Of a stretch of DNA of 64,000 nt, positions 40,463-53,604 are shown piece by piece. Within the stretch, counting starts at the first letter, position 1. Each line of letters starts with the position of its first letter. Both the position numbers and the translations under genes were made by a program. The DNA comes from Octopus sinensis (Eukaryota). Below the pieces are notes generated by a model. It searched no databases. It was given only the letters and a program-made list of their open reading frames with translations, and was not told where the DNA came from. Location of the stretch: contig NC_043010.1 of NCBI RefSeq assembly GCF_006345805.1, positions 23,932,001 through 23,996,000 of the forward strand, read 5' to 3'.

Positions 40463-40883
40463 TGTTAAGTTGCCGGTTGGTGTAGAAACTGGAGGTTTCA
40501 GCAAACACATACACACACTTGCACATACATGCACACATAAACACTCATTCACATACCCCCTTTTACATACACACACATATTCACAGTGTTGAAACGCTTG
40601 TTTAATTTACTTTTTCAGCGTACAATTTTCATTATCCCACTACCAAGTATGCCATCACCCTTTCCTTCATTATTCATCTATCACCCCTTCCTGCCTCATT
40701 CCTAAGCACTAGAATATTATTATAGTAGATTCTCTCGGAAACAATGGGAGCCACGAAAAACTACAAAGCCCAGCAACACCACTGGATCATTCTACACATC
40801 TGTGTAATTTTTCGCGCAATTCTACACAGCCGTTTGACCGTGAATCCAAAGACAATAAAGAATCGCCCATGTCAAATTTATAC

Positions 40884-40981
<98 letters not shown>

Positions 40982-42479
40982 CACATATATAAACATATAT
41001 ATACTTATATATCCATTACTTTTCACTATATATATGTGTATGTTAGTGTGTGTGTGTGCATGTGTGTGCATGTGTGTGCATGTGTGTGTGTGTATGTGTG
41101 TGTGTGTGTGTGTGTGTTTAAAGTTGAAGTATATCGGATTGAACTATCCAGGTCATTGCACTTTTAGACGGTAGAATGAAGTTCCATGGAATTTGACATT
41201 TATTTCTCCCAATTCGATTATCCGTTTAGAAACTCCCTTAAAGCGTCTGCTGGTATCCAAAACGGAAGTTGAAAAGATAGACTTAATTACAGAGCGGCAT
41301 TTCTACTTCTTTATCTTTCGTGGTGTACGACCCCGCATATTGTGTAGAAGTCCCTGGGGTTATAATATATTTAGCTTGCAGTTATTTCTGTGCGTGTTAT
41401 TTCTGTTTGACTCGAATGCATTGAACTGACAGAAACGCAAGTGGCTTAAATTTCTGAATTGAAAACCCGTCAAAGTAAACAGTGGTTTTCCCGACCATCT
41501 GAGATCGTAAAAATAAAGTATCAACTAAACTGTCATTCATCAAAATCGCCTGAATATGAAATTCTTATTATCGTTTGTCTGGCCACAGACGGGACGAGTT
41601 CCGCTTTGTACCTCAGTCCTTGAGAGATGCACAAGTTAAGAGACGCAAAACCTAGATGAGATTGATTTACCAAAGCTACTGAAAACTAATTCAAATAAAT
41701 CTACTGCATCTAAGTGAAATATATGTTAAAGACGCCGTTATCTTAATTTAATACGAATCGGAATGTCTGCGCCATTTGTCACTGAGGTGACCAAATGATG
41801 TTGAAACACCACGTTTGGTAATCCTGCAGCGTTCTCAGCAAAACGCTGGATTTTTAACATACAAGTATCTTCCGAGAAGATTCTTTCTGAAACAAAACAT
41901 TAGAACTAGCACCGATTCACACATACACCAGTATTTTTAACTACCTGTATGTGAATCTTCCATTATTGTGGTTTGTTTCAGGTTTGTGATAATGCCAAGT
42001 GATCTGCACTGCGTACTGCGAAGTGCCATATAGTCTATGGTCGAAACACTGTGCTCCAGTTAAGGCTTGCATAATCTTTGATGACACCGAAATGGATAGG
42101 CAGATGAGATTTGGCAGAAGTCTTTCAAAACGAAGGCTCTGCATTTTCTAAAGCTTCGAAAGAATGTTATATAAATACGTCACCACATGTTACCATGTCT
42201 TACCTACACCCCATAGATTCCACATCAACATCAACCCTTTTTAATTCTAAAAAATAGCATGGAAGGAATCGCGGAATAAATCCTACGATTAGGAGTTATT
42301 TATGCTTTACGCTGAAAAAGACTAGAAAATCCCTTAAGAATCTAAAACACCGATCATTGTACAACATAATCAGGTTTGCAATAGAAGAGAGAGTAATTAT
42401 ATCGATTACAGGTTGACAGCCATTGATTATATATGTGCGTTTGTGCGTATTTGCGTGTGTATGTACGTGCGTGCATGTT

Positions 42480-42516
<37 letters not shown>

Positions 42517-42519
<3 letters not shown>

Positions 42520-42810
42520 AATTAGAAAAAAAACACCTTTTATCAATTCAAAAAGAACAATTAAATTACACCATCTAGAAAATTACATATAATAGAAATA
42601 TTTAAAATAAAATAACAATAATATACCGATGATTAAGTAAATTGCAAAATAATAATAAAAACGTACATATTTGGTAGAATAACGACACGTGTTTCGTGGT
42701 TATATTTAAGAAATGATTATAGTAAAAAATAATAATAGAAGTAGTAAAATCACTTCGATAAAAATATAGCCACTCATCAGGTTAAAAATAAACTAGAATA
42801 ATAAAATAAT
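42517..42810 (-). mobile_element. AT-rich pLTR-like element carrying an intact hammerhead
   Basis: 42520-42676 has an inverted homologue at ~48251-48408. Confidence 0.65.
42680..42784 (-). ncRNA. Type I hammerhead ribozyme motif, fully canonical core
   Basis: taac CTGATGA gtgg(c)tatattt...aaatata(a)ccac GAAA cacgt GTC gtta: G10.1-C11.1 pair, long stem II, palindromic stem III ACACGTGT, GUC triplet. Confidence 0.85.
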
Positions 42811-43166
42811 TTATATATATATATACACCGACCCAACCCGTTCATATCCTCCTTTCTCTCACTCACCTATATTTTATTTTATTATAATTTATTTATTTAT
42901 TTATTTTGCTCTTCTCCCTTTCTATTATTTATTACTCCTCTCATTTATATATCCCTGCACATACTGTGCACTCCACATATGCTGATTGAATTCTCTCTAC
43001 CTCAACATTTACCCCCTTGCGACAATGTGATCTTTAATCTAATCAAGATATCCTTGGCCTGAAGGGTAGCCGGCGGTATACACCTAACATGGATTTTATC
43101 ACTTCTGAGATTCCACTCGCTATAAAACATATGTAACCCGGATTTCCCATACTCCATTCCGTAAAT

Positions 43167-43212
<46 letters not shown>

Positions 43213-43289
43213 TGTGTGTGTGTGTGTGTGTGGTGTGTGTGTGTGTGTGTGTGTGTAAGGGTGAAAAGGAACACACGAGTTGATATATA

Positions 43290-44103
43290 TGAAAAAACAA
43301 GTCAAAATAGAAAATGCTAAAATAATTTTATAAAGAACATTTCAGTTCCGGTTTCGGTCATTTTGAGACCTTTTCAACTGTAACGATTAAATAATTAAAT
43401 TTAGAAAAATTAAAAGAAAAGTTTTTTAAAGGAATATTTGTATAGTGTTCAAATATAAGTGGCATTCTGCCTTTCTCTGTCTCCCTTGTTTGCACTTGTG
43501 TGTTCGGGGCCGTTGTGAATTCTTGGTAGGGTAGAAGAAGAAGAAGGTTGATGAGGAGAGGGGGTGGAAACATTTGGGAGTGCCTTGATGGTCGTATTTT
43601 GAATGGTCAGTGGCGGCTAGTAGTTGCAGTTCAATTCAGGAGAATATTTCTATTGAAAGGTTTCTTTATGGAATTTGCGTAGGTGTTATACTAAAAAGCA
43701 TTAGTGATAAAGTTAAGAGGTGGAGAAGAAGAAAAAGAAGAAGAAGAAGAAGAAGAAGATGACGATGTTGATGATGATGATGATGATGAAGAAGAAGGAG
43801 AAGGAGAAGAAGAAGATGATGATGATGGTGATGATGATGACGACGATGATGATGATAATGATGATGATGAAGAAGAATTCACAACGGCCTCGAACACACA
43901 AGTGCAAACAAGGGAGACGGAGAAAGGCAGAATGCCACTTATATTTGAACACTATACAAATATTCCTTGAAAAAAACTTTTCTTTTAATTTTTCTAAATT
44001 TAATTATTTAATCGTTACAGTTGAAAAGGTCTCAAAATGACCGAAACCGGTACTGAAATGTTCTTTATAAAATTATTTTAGCATTTTCTATTTTGACTTG
44101 TTT

Positions 44104-44110
<7 letters not shown>
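43290..44110 (-). mobile_element. PLE 3' fragment with inverted pLTR (same family as 1088-2290)
   Basis: 43290-43525 is inverted at 43875-44110. 43570-43740 is the reverse complement of the 3' UTR at ~1830-1985. Each arm has the degenerate hammerhead cag TTGAAAA ggtc..gacc GAAA ccgG(T/A)A ctg. Confidence 0.85.
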
Positions 44111-44155
<45 letters not shown>

Positions 44156-44211
44156 TTTGATACTTTCGGCCAGTATTAGTCCATACCATGTCTACCTTAA
44201 TAGCACCACCT

Positions 44212-44598
44212 GGGGTTAGCCATATTTAAATGGCAAATGTACGTCACGTTTTGTTGTAGCTACTGTTTATAACTCGCTCTGAGATTTATTATTGCTTGTT
44301 TACACTTTTTCGATATAAGTGTCTATCGATACAGGAAAAAGTATAAGTGTTTGTGAAGGGAACCTGGTTCTCATTGACAATTGTGATTGTCACACGCCGA
44401 TGACGGGTCAATACCCAGTAACTGGAGTCCGTGTATCATAAGTTGAAGACGGGAAGGATGGCTTCCCTTTGCAAACACTGATAGGGCACAGAAAGTGTGT
44501 CTATGGCCAGCTGGAGGAGGTGTTTTCCTGGGGCTACAAACTACAGTAGCATCCACCCTTAGGGGTTAGCCATATTTAAATGGCAAATATACGTCACG
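44212..44598 (+). mobile_element. Retrozyme-like unit: 350-nt period with 37-nt terminal redundancy
   Basis: ggggttagccatatttaaatggcaaat(g/a)tacgtcacg at 44212-44248 and 44562-44598. Hammerhead fold at 44392-44434. Confidence 0.7.
44392..44434 (+). ncRNA. Degenerate type I hammerhead
   Basis: acacg CCGATGA c-ggg-tcaata-ccc-a GTAA ctgga GTC cgtgt: stems intact, two core substitutions. Confidence 0.65.
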
Positions 44599-44627
44599 AT
44601 ACATGTATATATATATATATATATATA

Positions 44628-44665
<38 letters not shown>

Positions 44666-44674
44666 TTATATATA

Positions 44675-44753
<79 letters not shown>

Positions 44754-45121
44754 ATATGTGTGTGTGTTTATGTTTGTATGTGTGTGTGTGTATACATATA
44801 TGCATATATGTAAGTTTCCCATACCAACATGTTGCTATTAACTACAGCATGCAGCATAAACGTAAGTGCTGACTTAATTAATTCCCGTTTAATTGTATAC
44901 AGAGAGGATCCGTTTTAAAATCATGTTAATTAGTGTACAACAATCAATGGAAATAATTACATTTTTATTCCAATCATATTTTCTTATTAACTCGGTTCTC
45001 GATGGTTTTTCTTGCTAAGCTTCTTGTTTCGCAGCTCCAAATTCTTATTTTTCCCTTTCTGTGTAGAATATTATTCGACATACTGAAGTATAAATTCTAA
45101 ACAGACTTAGATTGCAGTCTG

Positions 45122-45170
<49 letters not shown>

Positions 45171-45181
45171 ATATATGATAG

Positions 45182-45231
<50 letters not shown>

Positions 45232-45241
45232 CTACGTATAT

Positions 45242-45307
<66 letters not shown>

Positions 45308-45489
45308 TATGTTACATATATGTATGTGTGTATACACACACACATATGTTTATGAAAGTACATAGATTTATGCCTTTGTACTTGCGTTTTCTATTATACA
45401 TCCACGTTCCTATATAGGCACACATATATATGTACATGTAAATACATTCCTATACGTATCAATACGCACAACAAACATATACATATATA

Positions 45490-47900
45490 TAACTGGAAGG
45501 TTTACGAAAATAAACAAATGACGAAGGCAGGTGGAGTACAAACAAACAAATATATTAGTATGGCGCTCAGGAATAGAAATAGAACAAGTCTTTTACGTTT
45601 CGAGCCTACGCTCTTCGACTGAAAGATACACAGAAAAGAAACAAGGAGAGACACAAGGAGAGAAAAAAATGCGTGTAGGAGCTAACGGTCCATCATGGCG
45701 TTCTGACTTCAGGCAGAATCAGAGGTCAGAGGTCAGAGGTCAAACGTTAGACACTAGAGGGATAGTAGGGGAGATAACAGGGTCAAGTGACTTCGCCCCA
45801 ACACGCGTGTGTTTATAAGAGAGTATGTATGTGCGTGTGTGTATAAGAGAGTATAAATGTGCGTGTGAAAGAAGGTTGGTGGTCTGGACGTGTGTATGTT
45901 TGTATGTGTGGGTGTGGAGATATGGGGATGGGTGTGTAGGTGGTGTGTTGTGATATGATATGTGTATGTATGTGTAGGTGTAAAGATGTGGGATGGGTGT
46001 GTGGACGGTGTACTGTGGGTGGTGTGTTGTGATGTGTAATGTGGGCGGTGTGCTGTGGGTGGTGTGTTGTGATGTGATGTGTAATGTGGGCGGTGTGCTG
46101 TGGGTAGTGTGTTGTGATGTGTGGTGTAGTGTAGTGTGGTTTGATGTCGTGGGGAGGTGGGGGCGAGAGTGGGGAAAGCCCATGTGGGGTGTCGGTTAGA
46201 GTGGGGGTTGGGGTAGAGTGGGGGTTGGGGTAGAGTGGGGGTTGTGGGGATAGTGAGAGGGGGAGATAAGAGAGAGGAGGGGATGAGGGTGAGGGGAGAG
46301 AGGAGATGAGGGGAAAGGAGATGGAGGAGGGAGAGGAGAAGAAGGAGGGGAGAGGAGGAATAGGGGAGGGAAAGGAGGAGTGGAGTGGTAGGGAGAGGAG
46401 GAGGAGGAGGAGGAGGGGAGGGGGAGGAGGAGAGGAGGGAGGAGGAGGAGGAGAGGGATAGGAGAAGGTGAGTAATGGAGCAGAGAGAAAGTGAGAAGAG
46501 GAAGAAGGAAGAAGAAAGAAGAAAGAAGAGGGAAGAAGGGAAAGAAGGGAAGAGGAGGGAAAGAGAGTAGGGGGGAAAAGATGAAGGACTGAAGAGAAGT
46601 AGGAGTCGGGGTGAGGTTAGATGAAAAGGAGGGGGAGTTTAGCCCAAATGGCGTAAAAGAGCGAAGAGAGAAGATTGTCCCTGTTCACAGTGGAAGCGGG
46701 TATCTGGATGGCCTCTGTGCAAGGACAATCCGAACACAGACAGGTGTTGCAAGGAGTGACCGGTGGAGCGGAAATGGCGTGAGGTCTTCCGCGAACCGGT
46801 CAGCCAAGCGGCCTCCCGTTTGTCCGATGTACAGGGAATGGCAGAGAGAGCAGGAGATGCAATAGATGATATTGCTGGAGGTGCAGGTGAAAGAGTCAAT
46901 GATGCGATAGGGTCGATGATAGGTGCCGGTGAGGAGGGTGATGTTGGAAAGGTAAGGGCAAGTGCGGCAACGTGGGCGGGAGCAGGGGAACGAGCCAGGT
47001 TGGGAGGTAGGTTCAGGGAAGAAGCTGTGGACCAAGAGGTGTCGTAGGTTATGGGCTCGTTTGAAGGAGGGGAGGGGTCGGTTAGGGAAGAGGTGTGAAG
47101 TGGACGAGTCGGACTGGAGATGCCGGAAAGCTCGAAGAATGGTGCGTTGAAGAGGTAGGGTGTGGGGTGGTAAGTGAGGGGAAAATGGAGGCAGGAGACT
47201 GCAGGGCGGGTGCGGGGGGAGAGAGCAGATGTACTGTCTACGGAACGTACTCTGGCAAGGGCGGTATGGATAGTGGTGAGGGGGTATCCACGTAGGATGA
47301 AGTGGCAAGTTGAGACTGTGTCTCAAAGTCATGGTCGTCACTACAGTGCCTACGTAGACGGAGGAATTTGAAATAGGGAATGGAAAGCTTGGTGTGTTTC
47401 GGGTGGGAGGAAGAGAAGTTTAGGTATGAGTGTGAGTCTGTGTGTTTGTAGTGAATGGAGGTGGTAAGAGTGGAGTGATGAATGCTGACCGAAATGTCGA
47501 GGAAGGTGACAGAGGTGTTGGAGATAGTGGAGGTGAAGTGGAGGGCAGGATGGAAGGATTGAACGAAATAGTGGAAGGAATCTAGATGAGTGAGGTGGCA
47601 CCGATAATGTCGTCAATGTAACGATCGTATAGTTCGGTAGTGGGACCAGTGAAACTAGAGAATATTTGGGCCTCAACATAGCCAACGAACAGGTTCGCAT
47701 AGTTGGGGCCCATTCGCGTTCCTATGGCCACTCCTGAGACATGTTGGTAGAACCCGCCCGCGAACGAGAAGCAGTTAAGAGAAAGGACAAGTTCGGCCAG
47801 ACGAATGAATGTGAAGGTGTTGGGTTCGAGGTTGGGGCGGAGGTCGAGAAAGTGCTGAAGTGCCCGCAGTCCTTCGTGGTGAGGGATGACGGTATAGACG
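45490..47900 (-). mobile_element. 5'-truncated Neptune-type Penelope-like element (RT C-half, GIY-YIG, 3' UTR, pLTR)
   Basis: Minus-strand translation GVAIGTRMGPNYANLF...RYIDDII...FLDI...HYKHTD..YL...SSHP; CSRPRCRTC linker; IIYCISCSLCHSLYIGQTGGRLADRF. The pLTR at 45490-45665 has a degenerate hammerhead at 45589-45626. Confidence 0.93.
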
Positions 47901-47941
47901 GTATAATAATAAAAAGGTATATATTGGTATATATATTTGAT

Positions 47942-47988
<47 letters not shown>

Positions 47989-48165
47989 GATATTATATAT
48001 ACACAAACATGCATGTCTGTGTGTATGTTTAATAGTGTATGTGTAAATATTTATGCATGCAACTGCATATATCTGTATGTGGGTGTCATATAATCTCTAT
48101 ACCTCTATAGCTATATACATTATATACACATACGTGTATATAATGTATATAATGTGTATATAATA

Positions 48166-48221
<56 letters not shown>

Positions 48222-48250
48222 ATTCATATATATATAAATAATCATATATA

Positions 48251-48410
48251 TACCAAATATATACGTTTTTATTATTAATTTGCACATTACTTAATCATCG
48301 GTATATTATTTTTATTTCAATTTTAATATTTCTATATAAGTAACTTTCTAGATGGTGTATTTAATTATTCATTTTGAATTGATAAAAGGTGTTTTTTTTC
48401 TAATTTTCAT
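48251..48410 (+). mobile_element. Partial pLTR-like copy, inverted relative to 42520-42676
   Basis: Reverse-complement similarity (acttaatcatcggtatattatt...tctagatggtgta...gaattgataaaaggtgttttttttctaatt). Confidence 0.7.
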
Positions 48411-48731
48411 ATATATATATACATGTTCGTGAATCCGTCTCACTATCGATCTGCCCGCCACCGATTTACACGTTTCTCTTATTTTTCACAATTCACTCAA
48501 GAGTGTTTTTCCAATCAGTCGAAGAGGTCTGTTAGAATGCACTTGCTCACTCAAAACTGTATCCACTGTGGTTTTTGATACACACTTATACACATACACT
48601 CACACACGCGCGCGAACACACACACACAGACAAACAGGTGCAAACAAGGTACGCGTAGTTGTGTTTTTAAAGTGTGAGAACGTGTGTACGTGAGAGAGAG
48701 TACGAAGTGTATGTGTGTGTGTGGTGTGCAA

Positions 48732-48775
<44 letters not shown>

Positions 48776-48797
48776 CTGTGTCTGTGTGTACACATAC

Positions 48798-48828
<31 letters not shown>

Positions 48829-48927
48829 ATATATATATATTATATATATATATATATGAGAGTAAAAAAAAAAACTGATGAAGGGTCGTCCTTTGTGTTG
48901 TTTGTTTTGTTTTCTATTTGTATCTTT

Positions 48928-49410
48928 AGCATAGGCTAAAACTAAGTAGACGATTGAATCCGTAAATTTTCCCTCCAAAATTCTGCCATGCGTACTACCG
49001 GGATAGTCGTAAGGGAGTGAAAAATCCAATTAGTAATATAATAATAAGGGTAAGTAATTTTTTCGATGATTTTTTTAGACAACCAACAATTATTTACCGG
49101 TAGATTTCGGTATGTAAACATGACCTTAGCGGCGGGAACTTCTGTGGAGTTCAGTATATATAGTATATAAATAAAAGGGCAGGCAACAGGTTGCTCTGCT
49201 GCATACCGAAAGAATTAGAAATAGCAGTCGCCGCTAAAGGTCATATTTACATACCGAAATCTGAAAAACCATCGAAAAAATTATTTACCCTTATTATTAT
49301 ATTACTAATTGGATTTTTCACTCCCTTACGACTATCCCGGTAGTACGCATGGCAGAATTTTGGAGGGAAAATTTACGGATTCAATCGTCTACATAGCTTT
49401 AGCCTATGCT
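48928..49410. mobile_element. Fold-back element related to 1-507
   Basis: 48928-49068 is inverted at 49270-49410, with inner arms at 49102-49133 and 49229-49262. Centre 49167-49228 matches the reverse complement of ~440-503. Confidence 0.8.
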
Positions 49411-50269
49411 CACTTTTCCCCCACTATTTGATGACGCCTGGTCAAAAGTGGAGGCTGGTGGCATTTAATAAATCTAACGAAGATGGTGCTGAAGAAAGAC
49501 ATGAGGCATGTATGTGTGCATGTATGTATCTATGTATGTATATATGTATGTATGCATGCATGTATGTATGTATGTATGTATGTATGTATGTATGTATGTA
49601 TGTATGTATGTATGTATGTATGTATGTATGTATCTATGTATGTATGTATGTATGCATGCATGTATGTATCTATGTATGTATGTATGTTTATGTCAGGTCA
49701 CTTTCGAGTGCTACTGGTAACATGTAACCCAGTACAACCTGTTGCATGGTCGGGTCGTCGGCGACTAAACCGGCAACACCACCAAGCTTGGTTGGTGAGG
49801 TGGGTGATTATTGGACACCCTGCGGGATGAAAAACAAGACCCATCAAAGGGCTGAGGAGCTCTTGAGGGTCAATGGCCATCCAATAAATGTCTTAAGGCT
49901 GTATCATGCGCGGGGACATAGAAATAATCGGACTGATACATACATACATACATGCATGTATGTATGCATGTATGTATGTATGTATGCATGTATGTATGCT
50001 TGTATGTATGTATGTATGTATGTATGTATGTATGTATGTATGTATGTACGTATGTATGCATGCCTGCTGACATCCTGCGTACCGGTACCGGTACCGGAAG
50101 CCAGTATGAAACCATAGCAACAATGCTTTCTCTTACCGATTAGTACAACTTCAGACTGTGTCGTCTTGTATTTTCTCATTCTTTTAATATTTTCTTCCCT
50201 CTATCTTCAGATCCCGCATTCACCTCACCAATTCCGTCTTCACTTTCTATCACTCTTTCTGTCCTATTC

Positions 50270-52740
<2,471 letters not shown>

Positions 52741-53395
52741 CTTGTTGCCTTTATCCTCATCCTCCCCATACCTCTACTCCTCCTTCTCCCCTTTCCTCCT
52801 TCCCTCCTTCTATTTCTAATCATCCTACCTGTTTATCTGATTCGATCTCTCTTTTCTTCGCTGTTATTACTCATCAATCATCTCGTACTCCCCACAGTCA
52901 CACCTTTCCTTCCATATTACCTTCTGCCGTAAGTTTCTCTTGCCTTCTCCCTCTCTCTTTCTCTCTCTCTCTCTCTCACTCTATCTATCTTTCTCTCCTT
53001 TTCCTCGTTCACTTTCGCTGCTTCTCCTTCGTTCATTGTCTCTTCTTACTGATATTCGCTTCTGTCTGCAATTTCCATCTGCTCGTCGCTTTACCTTCTT
53101 CATCATCACCGCCACCATCAGCCCCACCGTCCCCACCACCATCATCGTAATCATTTTCATCATCAGCTTCTCCAACGTCGCCGTCGTCGTCATGATCACC
53201 AACACTATCGTCATTAGCTTTGCACTAAATATAATATGCGTTATTGGTTCAGAATCTGTATGTTGTGTTCAATCTTCGCCAAAGTCACAAGTGGCCATAA
53301 ATCCGAATTTCAAACATTGCATAGATGGAATCGGTGAAACCCTACGCCATAAACTTACTAGAGTTTTGCTAAAATCCGAAATTATTTTACACTAT

Positions 53396-53602
53396 CGGGC
53401 CGGCACAATTGGTAGCACGCCGGAGAAAATGCTTACAGGCATTTCGTTCGTTCTTCACGTTCTGTGTTCAAATTCCGCCGAGGTTGACTTTGGCTTTCAT
53501 CCTTTTAGGGGTCGATAAAATAAGTACCGGTTACACACTTGGATCGATGTATCGGCTTGCCCCCTCCCAGCAAATTTCAGGCATTGTACCTGTAATAGAA
53601 AG
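53396..53602 (+). mobile_element. tRNA-derived Nin-like SINE (8835 family)
   Basis: gttcaaattccgccgaggttgactttggctttcatccttttaggggtcgataaaataagtacc. Confidence 0.8.
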
Positions 53603-53604
53603 GA

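Noticed and set aside
48876-48895. CTGATGA A GGG-tcg-TCC
   Set aside because: No GAAA or cleavage triplet follows; at most a truncated remnant.
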